Sequence record: KC295538
Strand: one strand, 5' to 3'
DNA length: 64,000 nt
Origin: Escherichia phage PBECO4
The notes beneath the pieces were generated by a model. That model worked only from the letters and a program-made list of their open reading frames with translations. It was not told the DNA's origin and did no database searches. Below, piece after piece: positions 29,802 to 38,589 of this stretch; positions within the stretch are counted from its first letter, which is position 1, and every line of letters begins with the position of its first letter. A program made the translations under genes and the position numbers.

Positions 29802-29991
29802 GTAAAGCTGTCAAATACTTCTGTACGGCTTGCTCTTGCTTATTTGTACCTAAAAGTATATACATCCATAATTCACTGTAATGTACATCTTGTGTATAAG
29901 GGTTGTTGTAACTTTTTGATAATATAGCATCAAATTCAGATGCATGAACCCTTGTGAACTTAAGAATATCTTGTTGTGTTATGATTCTCAT
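29770..29991 (-). CDS. FamB paralog
   Basis: 73 aa; YILLGTNKQEQAV. Confidence 0.65.
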   Translation of the reverse strand: MRIITQQDILKFTRVHASEFDAILSKSYNNPYTQDVHYSELWMYILLGTNKQEQAVQKYLTALRDATANGVHV

Positions 29992-30203
29992 ATCTTTTCC
30001 TGAACTATCTGCATAAGAATCCCTATGTGTGAATTAACAGTTCTCTCTTGATGCTGTGTTCCTAAGAGTGTCAGTACTATCATCTCTGAACGCAAAAGAT
30101 TTTTTTCAAGTTCACTTATATCAGTTCTTGAATCAAGTGCCATATATTTGTGATTATTCTTCCTGAATAGTGCCAAGTACTCTTGATTTGATATTTCCTT
30201 CAT
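29988..30203 (-). CDS. FamB paralog
   Basis: 71 aa; LTLLGTQHQERTV. Confidence 0.65.
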   Translation of the reverse strand: MKEISNQEYLALFRKNNHKYMALDSRTDISELEKNLLRSEMIVLTLLGTQHQERTVNSHIGILMQIVQEKI

Positions 30204-30430
30204 AGTTTATTCCTGATGCCATTTAAAAGTGCTCTAATATGCTCATTGACAAATCGCTCTTGGGAATCTGTTCCTAGAGTGAGTAGCAATCTTAAATCTG
30301 AACTTTTGATGTGATATTCTAAATCATTCTTTGATTCTTGCATCAGTTTCTTAAAGGATGAGAAGTTTGCAGCCATTAGTTCAATGTATTCTGCTGTTCC
30401 TAGGGGTTTGTGTGTGTGCTGTCTGTGCAT
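30200..30430 (-). CDS. FamB paralog
   Basis: 76 aa; LTLGTDSQERFV. Confidence 0.65.
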   Translation of the reverse strand: MHRQHTHKPLGTAEYIELMAANFSSFKKLMQESKNDLEYHIKSSDLRLLLTLGTDSQERFVNEHIRALLNGIRNKL

Positions 30431-30642
30431 TTTAATTGTATTACCCTTTTGAGTGTATTAATGTAATTATACACATTGGCTTCTTGATAGTTTGTTCCTA
30501 GAGTAGCTTGAACGTAGATTTCATTTAACTTAATAATTTTATCAGTATCTGGAAGTTTTGATGTGTTAATGGCAAATAACTTCGAAAACAGTCCATTTAT
30601 GATTGTTAGGTATTCTACTTCGGTAATGATTCGCATTTGCAT
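30400..30642 (-). CDS. FamB paralog
   Basis: 80 aa; QATLGTNYQEANV. Confidence 0.65.
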   Translation of the reverse strand: MQMRIITEVEYLTIINGLFSKLFAINTSKLPDTDKIIKLNEIYVQATLGTNYQEANVYNYINTLKRVIQLKCTDSTHTNP

Positions 30643-30854
30643 TGGATAAACCTTTTTAGTTCATTGATGTAATCATTAATATTGCATTCTTGATAGTTAG
30701 TCCCTAGTGTAGCTTGAACATAGATTTCACTTACTAGAATACTTATTTCATCATCTGGTAATTTCATGCTTTTTGTTATAAACAGCTTTAGAATTAAACT
30801 ACTTAATAGTTGGTTGTATTCTGTGGGTGAAATGATTTTCATTTGCATTTGCAT
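30615..30854 (-). CDS. FamB paralog
   Basis: 79 aa; QATLGTNYQECNI. Confidence 0.65.
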   Translation of the reverse strand: MQMQMKIISPTEYNQLLSSLILKLFITKSMKLPDDEISILVSEIYVQATLGTNYQECNINDYINELKRFIQCKCESLPK

Positions 30855-31060
30855 TTTCTCAGTACTGATTCTTTAAGTTCATTAATGTAGCACTCTACAT
30901 ATTCTTCTTGTAGGTTTGTTCCGATATGTAACAGTACTCTTAAATCTGCTCTCAGTACTTCTTTGTCATCTTCATCTATATCAGACAGTGTTATGTTTAA
31001 GAATTTACTTGAACTCTCTATAAGTAATATTACTGAATCACCTTTGCTTAAAATTTTCAT
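30839..31060 (-). CDS. FamB paralog
   Basis: 73 aa; LLHIGTNLQEEYV. Confidence 0.65.
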   Translation of the reverse strand: MKILSKGDSVILLIESSSKFLNITLSDIDEDDKEVLRADLRVLLHIGTNLQEEYVECYINELKESVLRKCKCK

Positions 31061-31268
31061 AATCTCTTTTTGCTTTCCTCGCCAAAAGGTACATATACGA
31101 TTCTTCGTATTGTGCTTGGAAGTTTGTGTTTAAGAGTCGAAACAACTTCTGTTCTGCTAGAACGAGTTGCTTATCTTCATAACAACGGTAGCGTATCAAC
31201 TTTTTGTATTCGATGTTGATTACATCCATTACTATAAGTCCATGTTCATCATCTGTCAAGTGTTTCAT
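31038..31268 (-). CDS. FamB paralog
   Basis: 76 aa; FRLLNTNFQAQYE. Confidence 0.6.
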   Translation of the reverse strand: MKHLTDDEHGLIVMDVINIEYKKLIRYRCYEDKQLVLAEQKLFRLLNTNFQAQYEESYMYLLARKAKRDYENFKQR

Positions 31269-31507
31269 GCATTTTTTCTTTTTCTTATATGTTTAGTTAA
31301 AAGGTATATTAGTTTTCTGATGTATTCTTCCTGATAGTTTGTTCCTAGGAGTGCAAGAAGTTTTGCTTCAACTAAAGCTAATTGACGTTCTTCGAATGTG
31401 TGTTCCAGTATGTACTTGGGGTTTGATTTTTTAGAAATTGCACTATTAGTTTTCATTACAATCGTATGATATTCATTAACTGTTAGGATTTTTAAATTCT
31501 TGAGCAT
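31265..31507 (-). CDS. FamB paralog
   Basis: 80 aa; LALLGTNYQEEYI. Confidence 0.65.
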   Translation of the reverse strand: MLKNLKILTVNEYHTIVMKTNSAISKKSNPKYILEHTFEERQLALVEAKLLALLGTNYQEEYIRKLIYLLTKHIRKRKNA

Positions 31508-31727
31508 GTATCTTTTCCTTTATAGAGAATTTAAGATATCGAAGCATACTTTCAATGTAATACTCTTGTCTGTCAGTGCCAAGAAAGTACATGAGTTGAA
31601 TGTATAAAACTTCTGCACTCCTTTCGGCATGTGACTTGTTTGTGTCGTTTGGAAGTTGATTTGTAAGTTTTCTGGATTTAATTAGTCGTTCTTTTAACTC
31701 ATCGTCTGTTAAGTATTTCATTTGCAT
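31476..31727 (-). CDS. FamB paralog
   Basis: 83 aa; MYFLGTDRQEYYI. Confidence 0.65.
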   Translation of the reverse strand: MQMKYLTDDELKERLIKSRKLTNQLPNDTNKSHAERSAEVLYIQLMYFLGTDRQEYYIESMLRYLKFSIKEKIHAQEFKNPNS

Positions 31728-31953
31728 TTACTTTTTCCTTAATAGTGATTTTAAGATATCTAATCATACGTGCAACATATTCCTCTTGTCTATCAGTTCC
31801 AAGAAGGTATGGTAGTGATTGGAATAAAACTTCTGCACTCCTTTCGGCAGGGGTTTGGTTTAGGTCAATTGGACGTTTATTGGTATATCTCTTGGCACGA
31901 ACTAATCTCTCGACGTATTCATTATAGGTTAAGTATATCATTTCATTTTGCAT
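31699..31953 (-). CDS. FamB paralog
   Basis: 84 aa; PYLLGTDRQEEYV. Confidence 0.65.
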   Translation of the reverse strand: MQNEMIYLTYNEYVERLVRAKRYTNKRPIDLNQTPAERSAEVLFQSLPYLLGTDRQEEYVARMIRYLKITIKEKVNANEILNRR

Positions 31954-32169
31954 TTACATTCTCTCATGTACATCCTGGGTTAAAAGATCAATCCAGATTT
32001 CCACATATCGTTGTTGGTGTTGCGTCCCTAATAGTACACCCAACTTAGCTTCACACTCTAATAACAATCTGGTTTTGTATGGTAGACTTTGGAATCCTAT
32101 AGTAGCATCTAATTTGGTAATTGCATAGTTGATTCGGATGAATCTTTCTTGCAATGTGATGTTGATCAT
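31954..32169 (-). CDS. FamB paralog
   Basis: 71 aa; GVLLGTQHQQRYV. Confidence 0.65.
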   Translation of the reverse strand: MINITLQERFIRINYAITKLDATIGFQSLPYKTRLLLECEAKLGVLLGTQHQQRYVEIWIDLLTQDVHERM

Positions 32170-32429
32170 TTCTTAGTACACCTCAGTGGTTGGGTCATTT
32201 GATGAAAGTACAGCTTACCTCTGATTTCCAGTAGCAACTCCGCGATTAAGCGATTTACTTCTGTATCTTGATAGTTTGTTCCTAAGAATACACCCATCTT
32301 TAACTCACGCATCATAATCATTTTCTTACTGTGTTGAATTTCTGGGTTGTGATAGATTGTATTACGTTTGTGCGTAATTTTTGTCATACGCTCGGTATAT
32401 TCATCTTTACTTAAATTGATCATTTGCAT
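32166..32429 (-). CDS. FamB paralog
   Basis: Start moved to ATG at 32429 (MQMINLSKDEY); GVFLGTNYQDTEV. Confidence 0.65.
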   Translation of the reverse strand: MQMINLSKDEYTERMTKITHKRNTIYHNPEIQHSKKMIMMRELKMGVFLGTNYQDTEVNRLIAELLLEIRGKLYFHQMTQPLRCTKK

Positions 32430-32458
32430 GTTAATTACCCTTACATTTATTTTCAATA

Positions 32459-32698
32459 CTATTCTTTAGTTTGTAGATATAGTTTTCTTCCAATGTATCT
32501 CTTAAGTGCGATTATGTATTCATCTACATAATACTCCTGATAGTTTGTTCCTATGAATGCACCCACCTTTAACTCAAGTTTCATAATCATCTTATTTCCG
32601 TGTTTAATGACTTCTCCGTGATGGATTTCATTAAGTCCAGGTGCAATTTTTACCAGGCGTTCTTTATATTTTGCTTGAGATAATTTAATCATTTTCAT
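32459..32698 (-). CDS. FamB paralog
   Basis: Start moved to ATG at 32698 (MKMIKLSQAKY); GAFIGTNYQEYYV. Confidence 0.65.
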   Translation of the reverse strand: MKMIKLSQAKYKERLVKIAPGLNEIHHGEVIKHGNKMIMKLELKVGAFIGTNYQEYYVDEYIIALKRYIGRKLYLQTKE

Positions 32699-32699
32699 G

Positions 32700-32930
32700 T
32701 TAATTACCCTTACATTTATTTTCAATACTATTCATGAGTTCTATAAGATAGTTTTCTACCTTACCTTCCTGATAGTTAGTCCCTAGGAAGTTGCACAACA
32801 CGGCTTCTATGATTTTGATTTTCCTGATATCAGGCTTCAATCTTTTGTTATTGAATATTTGAATCCTTATATCTCTGGATGCATTTAAACGTTTTTGATA
32901 TTCATGGTAAGTTAAATTAATCATTTTCAT
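32700..32930 (-). CDS. FamB paralog
   Basis: 76 aa; CNFLGTNYQEGKV. Confidence 0.65.
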   Translation of the reverse strand: MKMINLTYHEYQKRLNASRDIRIQIFNNKRLKPDIRKIKIIEAVLCNFLGTNYQEGKVENYLIELMNSIENKCKGN

Positions 32931-33145
32931 TTACGTTTAACCTCTCGCTGGAGGGCATCAATTAACATCAGTACAGCATTCTCTTGATAGTTTGTTCCTA
33001 AGACTGAAAGCATCTTTATCTCATTTACTAAAATCAACTTCTTTGAGGGTTCAATAATGTGACTATCATAAACGGCCTTACGTGCTGGATAAGTTTTCGC
33101 CAGTATAACATAAAATTCGTCTTTACTTAAATTAATCATTTGCAT
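32927..33145 (-). CDS. FamB paralog
   Basis: 72 aa; LSVLGTNYQENAV. Confidence 0.65.
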   Translation of the reverse strand: MQMINLSKDEFYVILAKTYPARKAVYDSHIIEPSKKLILVNEIKMLSVLGTNYQENAVLMLIDALQREVKRK

Positions 33146-33354
33146 TTACTTTTAACCTCTTTCTGTAGAGCGTCAATCCATAGATCTACATACATTTGTT
33201 GATAGTTTGTGCCTAAGAGTGCACCTACATAGAGTTCAGTTACTAGTGCGTGCTTAAGGTTAGCTTGGATGCTCTTATCGCTTGATAAGATTTTCCTTCT
33301 GCTGGTGCATGTTTTCAGGAGTCTGATGTATTCAAAGCCTTGTAATTTTCTCAT
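33136..33354 (-). CDS. FamB paralog
   Basis: 72 aa; GALLGTNYQQMYV. Confidence 0.65.
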   Translation of the reverse strand: MRKLQGFEYIRLLKTCTSRRKILSSDKSIQANLKHALVTELYVGALLGTNYQQMYVDLWIDALQKEVKSKCK

Positions 33355-33566
33355 TCTTTTGATATCACCTTGTTACGTAAGGCACTTAACAATACGTCAG
33401 TGTAGATGTTTTGATAGTTTGTCCCTACGAAAGCACCCAACTTCATTTCAGCTATTATAACACATTTGTCCTCTTGTGCAATAGATTTGTTTAACACAAT
33501 ACTATACACTTTTGATTTGATAGTTTGTAACCTCCAATGATACTGATACTCATTAAGGATTATCAT
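33351..33566 (-). CDS. FamB paralog
   Basis: 71 aa; GAFVGTNYQNIYT. Confidence 0.65.
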   Translation of the reverse strand: MIILNEYQYHWRLQTIKSKVYSIVLNKSIAQEDKCVIIAEMKLGAFVGTNYQNIYTDVLLSALRNKVISKE

Positions 33567-33801
33567 TCTCTTTCCTCCAGATTTCGGTTCTCATGTGTTG
33601 GCAGTGTGCTTCGATGAACATATCTATTGATTTGGCAATTGCGTTTTTATCAGTGCCTGTCATCAGTACAAGCATCTCTGCCTCACTATGAATTAAACGC
33701 ATGATATCATAGGGTAATATTTCAGATACAGTGTCATAGTGTTTCTGTGCCAGTGTCTGCAATAGTTTACAATACATTTTGTGATTTAGTCTTTGTCGCA
33801 T
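33553..33801 (-). CDS. FamB-like paralog (divergent)
   Basis: 82 aa; LVLMTGTDKNAIA. Confidence 0.5.
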   Translation of the reverse strand: MRQRLNHKMYCKLLQTLAQKHYDTVSEILPYDIMRLIHSEAEMLVLMTGTDKNAIAKSIDMFIEAHCQHMRTEIWRKENDNP

Positions 33802-34058
33802 TGTTTATTCCATTCTTTTTTGGCTCTATGGGTTTTATATTGGATTTGGTTTCTCAATGCTGCCAGGTATCGTAGAATGAACAGTTCTTGATAGTTTGTT
33901 CCAATGAATTTCATAAGATAAACATCACCGTTGATAACATCCAATTCAGGTGCACCATGTAATGTATAGTTTTTTCTAAGGGTGTTAAGAATAGAGAAGA
34001 GGGCGGTTTGATACTCAGAGCTTGATAAAGTTTTCATATTTTTCCACAATTCGTTCAT
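33786..34058 (-). CDS. FamB paralog
   Basis: 90 aa; MKFIGTNYQELFI. Confidence 0.65.
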   Translation of the reverse strand: MNELWKNMKTLSSSEYQTALFSILNTLRKNYTLHGAPELDVINGDVYLMKFIGTNYQELFILRYLAALRNQIQYKTHRAKKEWNKQCDKD

Positions 34059-34272
34059 TTAGTTTTATCTGTATAAGATCCATTAGTTGTTCAAGATAAT
34101 CGGTACAATATTTCTCTTGATATTGGGTTCCCACAAAGTACAGCAACCATAGCTCATGAACTTTAACTTTCATCTCGTTCCATGAAAGTGCATCGTCATC
34201 GTAGATTACTCTTGCTTCTGGGGTGAGCTTTCGAATTCTAAGTGAATATTCATCGTTCGTCAAGTGTTTCAT
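34015..34272 (-). CDS. FamB paralog
   Basis: 85 aa; LYFVGTQYQEKYC. Confidence 0.65.
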   Translation of the reverse strand: MKHLTNDEYSLRIRKLTPEARVIYDDDALSWNEMKVKVHELWLLYFVGTQYQEKYCTDYLEQLMDLIQIKLNERIVEKYENFIKL

Positions 34273-34273
34273 T

Positions 34274-34428
34274 TACATTTATCCCTTATTAGATTTGTGA
34301 GTGCAACTATGTGTTCATGGATATAAAAATTCTGATGAGAAGTTCCAAGAAAGTACAACATCCCTCCCTCACTCTGCTCGACTTCTAGTTTAGTATCGAG
34401 TTGGTCAGATATGTTAATGAAAACCATT
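34274..34428 (-). CDS. FamB paralog (51 aa, below track cutoff)
   Basis: ATG ORF MVFINISDQ...MLYFLGTSHQNFYI; ATGA overlap with upstream gene. Confidence 0.5.
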
Positions 34429-34651
34429 AGTTCTTTTCCTTTCTTTCTATTTGTTTCATAAGAACATTGATATACTCACCCGCAAACCTATTCTGATACT
34501 GCGTCCCCATGAATTCCAACATCCATACTTCAGCAACCTTTTCTTCAATTTCAGTCCATTGTAAGTACATCATAGTGAAGTAAATGGTGTTCTCTTTTTT
34601 TCTGGCACTCTTAGCACGGGCCTCGTATTCAAAGTTATTAATGATGTTCAT
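34427..34651 (-). CDS. FamB paralog
   Basis: Start moved to ATG at 34651 (MNIINNFEYE); LEFMGTQYQNRFA. Confidence 0.6.
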   Translation of the reverse strand: MNIINNFEYEARAKSARKKENTIYFTMMYLQWTEIEEKVAEVWMLEFMGTQYQNRFAGEYINVLMKQIERKEKN

Positions 34652-34865
34652 TACATTTGTCCATAATGTAATTCTTGAGTGCAACTATGTGTGCAATAAC
34701 ATACTCTTCCTGGAAGTTCGTCCCCAGTACAGCCATCATGCGTTTATCGGTGGTGTTTATCCTGTGTTCCCTTACACATAAACCTTCTTTGTGAGGAAGT
34801 GTAAAATATTTGTTTATTGCAGCAACGATAATTTTATTCTTCTCGGAGTTACTTAAATGTTTCAT
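34638..34865 (-). CDS. FamB paralog
   Basis: 75 aa; MAVLGTNFQEEYV. Confidence 0.65.
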   Translation of the reverse strand: MKHLSNSEKNKIIVAAINKYFTLPHKEGLCVREHRINTTDKRMMAVLGTNFQEEYVIAHIVALKNYIMDKCNEHH

Positions 34866-35074
34866 AGTTTACTCCTGATATAATTCTGAAGTGCAATTAA
34901 GTATTCCCCTACATAATACACCTGAAAGTCTGTATCAAGGAATGCACCCATAAGTAAATCTTTTTCTAATACCCTTGATAAGTTAAGGTCTGCATTTGAA
35001 AGGTATATAAGTAAGATTTCACCCTGTGCGGAATTGAAACGTTTCTTATATTCTTCTGGTGTTAAAAAAATCAT
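34862..35074 (-). CDS. FamB paralog
   Basis: 70 aa; GAFLDTDFQVYYV. Confidence 0.6.
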   Translation of the reverse strand: MIFLTPEEYKKRFNSAQGEILLIYLSNADLNLSRVLEKDLLMGAFLDTDFQVYYVGEYLIALQNYIRSKL

Positions 35075-35286
35075 AATTTGCTCCTGATATATTTCTCAAG
35101 AGATGACAAATACTTTTCCTCATAATACTTCTGATAGTCTGTTCCTAAGAATGCACCCAATAGTATATCATTTTCCAATACCTCGGCTAAGTTTAAATCA
35201 GAAGTCTCTTCGTATATTATGAGGATTTCAAGTTGTCTGGCAGCGATGCGTTCAGTATATTGATATGAGTTTTCTATAATAATCAT
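35071..35286 (-). CDS. FamB paralog
   Basis: 71 aa; GAFLGTDYQKYYE. Confidence 0.65.
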   Translation of the reverse strand: MIIIENSYQYTERIAARQLEILIIYEETSDLNLAEVLENDILLGAFLGTDYQKYYEEKYLSSLEKYIRSKL

Positions 35287-35492
35287 AATTTACTCTTTAT
35301 ATCTTGAATTAAAAATCGAATCCATTCTTCAACATAATCTTCCTGATGGTTTGTGTTCAGTACAGCCAACATGCGGATCTCTGCTCTTGCAACTTCAATT
35401 TCAGTTTTAGGAAGGTCTTTGCTGATATCCACCATTAAGTCCATGTATTTCAAGATAAGACCGTATGATTGGGTTCGTGTTATAGTTTTCAT
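35283..35492 (-). CDS. FamB paralog
   Basis: 69 aa; LAVLNTNHQEDYV. Confidence 0.6.
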   Translation of the reverse strand: MKTITRTQSYGLILKYMDLMVDISKDLPKTEIEVARAEIRMLAVLNTNHQEDYVEEWIRFLIQDIKSKL

Positions 35493-35689
35493 TGTTTCCT
35501 CGTGGACAATATTTTATTTTTCAATGTATCCATATATTGAATCACCCATCTTTCCTGATAGTTAGTTCCCAAAGTAATCAAAAGGTATAACTCCATTCGT
35601 TCTACGTGTGTGTCTGTATTATAAATCTTTGTGAAGTTTTTACGTAACAGTGATTGATATTCTTCTTTATTTAAAATACGCATTTTCAT
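35489..35689 (-). CDS. FamB paralog
   Basis: 66 aa; ITLGTNYQERWV. Confidence 0.65.
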   Translation of the reverse strand: MKMRILNKEEYQSLLRKNFTKIYNTDTHVERMELYLLITLGTNYQERWVIQYMDTLKNKILSTRKQ

Positions 35690-35883
35690 AGTTTACTCGT
35701 TATATCTTCAATTAAATACCAAATCCAATCGTTGACATACCTTTCCTGAAAGTTAGTTCCAATGAATAGTGCCATAATTAATTCACGCTTATAGGCAATA
35801 CCACGGTCATGGGACTTATACATTATCATAGCCATGTTATTGATAAGTCTTTCGTGGTGCTGTTCTTTAGTTAAAATACGCAT
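35686..35883 (-). CDS. FamB paralog
   Basis: 65 aa; LFIGTNFQERYV. Confidence 0.65.
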   Translation of the reverse strand: MRILTKEQHHERLINNMAMIMYKSHDRGIAYKRELIMALFIGTNFQERYVNDWIWYLIEDITSKL

Positions 35884-35916
35884 AGGATAAAATCCATAGG
35901 TTCATATGTGAAAAAA

Positions 35917-35942
35917 CATCATACCCCATGTGAGGCATGATG
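35917..35942 (-). terminator. intrinsic terminator
   Basis: catcataccccatgtgaggcatgatg hairpin followed on minus strand by T6. Confidence 0.5.
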
Positions 35943-35969
35943 TCAAGATGTTTTGTTCATATAAATGCA

Positions 35970-36335
35970 TTATACTTCAAATGAAATATTCCCAGTAGCA
36001 CGTGAGTCTTTACAATTCTCAATAGTAGTACATCCCAATTTTTGTATTTCACGTACCAATTCAATAGGAAGTTTAAAATCCCATTTCTTCGCTTCTTTTG
36101 CGAACGCTTTCTCGGACAGTACAACTAAGTTTTTTATACGAATCAATGAATAGATATCTGCATATTGATTTTCATCAATAGAAAATACCATTTCGTTATT
36201 GTTGCTAACAACTGATACAAGGGTGTCAGGTGCTTCAGTGATATCAGCAATGAATGATTTTATAGTAGATGTAGGTTTAAAAAACAACCATTCTACATTA
36301 AAGGAAGTACCACATTTATTAGATGATGGATTCAT
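35970..36335 (-). CDS. hypothetical protein
   Basis: 121 aa ORF. Confidence 0.55.
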   Translation of the reverse strand: MNPSSNKCGTSFNVEWLFFKPTSTIKSFIADITEAPDTLVSVVSNNNEMVFSIDENQYADIYSLIRIKNLVVLSEKAFAKEAKKWDFKLPIELVREIQKLGCTTIENCKDSRATGNISFEV

Positions 36336-36425
36336 AGTTCGGTGACCTCTAAAGTTGAGTTAATGTAACTAACATATAAAATATGAATGAAATATAATAT
36401 AGACTATATATTATCAGAATTATAT

Positions 36426-36590
36426 AAAAAGTCAAGCCCCTATCACTCCTTTTTTCGAAGTCGCTAAGGTTACCCGCCCTTTAGCCCCCTACGCATTTTG
36501 CCATAGTCCAATCCCTTTTATTTCAAAAAAGTCAAGGGATTACCTATGCATTTTTTTAACGCATAATTTTAAAAACGCCTTGACTTTTTT
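36426..36590. repeat. intergenic repeat cluster (aaaaagtcaagg direct and inverted copies; tacgcatt repeats)
   Basis: aaaaagtcaagcccc, aaaaaagtcaaggg and inverted ccttgactttttt within 165 bp of ORF-free DNA. Confidence 0.5.
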
Positions 36591-36618
36591 CTGAATCAGT
36601 ACTAGATCCCTTTACGCA

Positions 36619-36828
36619 TTAATCCTTCGTTACGCTAACGATTATCTGTGTATCCCCGTAGTCCTGCCATACTTCCACGCCATCGGTCGCCCTGGTTAGT
36701 CGTGCTGTCATCTGCTTAATGGTCTTAGGCTTTAGTGGAACCTGTTGCAGTACTGTACGCATAGCATCATTGACGTTATCATGTACGCCTGCAATAGTAC
36801 CTAGAACGCTGTATACTGTATAGAACAT
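36619..36828 (-). CDS. hypothetical protein
   Basis: 69 aa ORF; AGGAG SD. Confidence 0.55.
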   Translation of the reverse strand: MFYTVYSVLGTIAGVHDNVNDAMRTVLQQVPLKPKTIKQMTARLTRATDGVEVWQDYGDTQIIVSVTKD

Positions 36829-36896
36829 ATGTATGTACTCCTGATATAGTTAAGGCCGCTACAAGGCGGCCTATGATGTTTGGTGATGTGTAACGC

Positions 36897-37298
36897 TTAC
36901 AGTCCTAAGATAGTGCGTGCTTCGTTACGTTCCGTACACAGCTGCATGATGTGAGCAAGTAAGTCCTTGCTAATGTATCCGTTGTCCATAGCTTCACGGA
37001 TAGATACATCATAAGCACCGAACCCCGTGCGAACGATACGCACATCATTCAGGTTAGTATTATAGATACCGCCGAGATCAACGGCTTCGAATACTACATC
37101 AACAGAATATTCATTGTTGCCATCGTGGAAGTTTTCCAGTGCAATAGTATTGGATACCGCCCAACGTTTGCAGTTTCCAATGATGCGGCACTGTTCCGGT
37201 TGGATAGTGCCATTACTTACAGCGTACTCCAGTGCATCTTTACCGAAAGTCCGAGCCAGTACTAAAACGTCAGCGAAGGAATTGATTGAGAAGGTCAT
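36897..37298 (-). CDS. hypothetical protein
   Basis: Start moved to ATG at 37298 downstream of leader hairpin and AGGAG SD. Confidence 0.6.
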   Translation of the reverse strand: MTFSINSFADVLVLARTFGKDALEYAVSNGTIQPEQCRIIGNCKRWAVSNTIALENFHDGNNEYSVDVVFEAVDLGGIYNTNLNDVRIVRTGFGAYDVSIREAMDNGYISKDLLAHIMQLCTERNEARTILGL

Positions 37299-37318
37299 GA
37301 TAAAACTCCTTAATTTAG

Positions 37319-37380
37319 GAGGGAGAACCATTTCCCCCTCTCTATGTAAAACATTATACTTGATTCTAAGTACTATGCAA
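37319..37380 (-). promoter_or_regulatory. sigma70-like promoter + 5'-leader stem-loop (PeSL-like cassette)
   Basis: minus strand TTGCAT-N16-TATAAT, then gagggggaaatggttctccctc hairpin, then AGGAG-ATG. Confidence 0.6.
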
Positions 37381-37387
37381 GTACTTT

Positions 37388-37720
37388 TTACATTTTAATT
37401 CCTGGATTCAGGTAACGGTGAGATCCATATTCTGGATAGGTTTCGTTCCAGTACTGTAAATCGATAGTACCTTTCGCGTTAATCTTGTCTACCAGCTTAT
37501 TCATCTTAGCGTATACTACGTCAGCATCGATGCGTTTAAAGCCAGTAGCTTTAGTGAAGTAGTAGTGATTTGCTTCACTATCATTAAGGATATACCGAGC
37601 ACCGTTTGCAGTCTGTGCGATAATGATTGAGTATTCTACTTCCCGATCCAGACCGTCGATGAATACAGATGAAACATTGGTACGGATGAAAGCTTTAACG
37701 ATAGCGATTGAAGTACTCAT
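37388..37720 (-). CDS. hypothetical protein
   Basis: 110 aa ORF. Confidence 0.6.
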   Translation of the reverse strand: MSTSIAIVKAFIRTNVSSVFIDGLDREVEYSIIIAQTANGARYILNDSEANHYYFTKATGFKRIDADVVYAKMNKLVDKINAKGTIDLQYWNETYPEYGSHRYLNPGIKM

Positions 37721-37870
37721 TTTGAATCTCCTAACTTTGTGGGCCGTCGCACCATTGCCGCCCTACGAGATACATTATTGCAGTACTGATATACTTTGTC
37801 AATACTTTTTTATTAATAGTTTTAGTTCCACCAGCAGATAGTTACTCACCGTTATTAACTATATATTTTG

Positions 37871-37953
37871 GATACACTTATGCACCCTGTGGGCTGATTT
37901 GTTTCTATGCGTATATAATAGCAAAGGGACTGACCGGAGTCAATCCCTTTTTT
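37871..37953 (+). repeat. terminator-bearing repeat, copy 1 (candidate small RNA cassette)
   Basis: gatacact..gcaccctgtgggc..tatataatagcaaa + gggactgaccggagtcaatccc hairpin + T6. Confidence 0.5.
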
Positions 37954-37964
37954 ATTCTTTTTTG

Positions 37965-38165
37965 TTAGATGATTCTCCAATCATCAACGATCATGGTAAG
38001 ATACCGAACCAGTGATTCGAGTGATTCGTGTTCTCGATAGTCTGCCGCACCGCCAGCGGTACAAGTACAGCCGATTAAGCCGTTTTGCAATTCCTTAATC
38101 TGTACATCGATAAGGTTGGCTTTAGCTTCTTTCAGTACTTCAACCAGGGCGAGAGCGATAGACAT
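37965..38165 (-). CDS. hypothetical protein
   Basis: 66 aa ORF; GGAG SD. Confidence 0.55.
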   Translation of the reverse strand: MSIALALVEVLKEAKANLIDVQIKELQNGLIGCTCTAGGAADYREHESLESLVRYLTMIVDDWRII

Positions 38166-38188
38166 AATGTTTTACTCCAAACTATTGG

Positions 38189-38250
38189 CGGGAGAACTAT
38201 TCCCCCGCTCTATGTAAAACATTATACATTACTGGTTAGTACTGTCAAAT
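38189..38250 (-). promoter_or_regulatory. sigma70-like promoter + 5'-leader stem-loop (PeSL-like)
   Basis: TTGACA-N17-TATAAT then gcgggggaatagttctcccgcc hairpin. Confidence 0.65.
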
Positions 38251-38255
38251 AGTTT

Positions 38256-38513
38256 TTATGAAATATCTTCGATGTAGTCGGCCCATTTCATTTTTTCAGT
38301 ACTGTCAATGGCTACCGGATTATTTGGATCAAACCATTCACCATTACCGCAATACATACCAACGGCTACGGTTTTATAGCCATCCTGGGCCGTACACCAC
38401 GACATTGCACGATAGATATGGCCTTTAACTGGTTGCAGTACTGGTAACGTTTTATGGTCTTCTACGTAGGCCATAGCTTGAGGATTTACCCGATATTGTG
38501 TGAATTGTTCCAT
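38256..38513 (-). CDS. hypothetical protein
   Basis: 85 aa ORF. Confidence 0.55.
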   Translation of the reverse strand: MEQFTQYRVNPQAMAYVEDHKTLPVLQPVKGHIYRAMSWCTAQDGYKTVAVGMYCGNGEWFDPNNPVAIDSTEKMKWADYIEDIS

Positions 38514-38589
38514 TATGTTTCCCCTTGTAGTTAGTAAAGTTATTACATCAGTACTATCAAGCTATGTCAATAGTACTGAAATAAAACTT

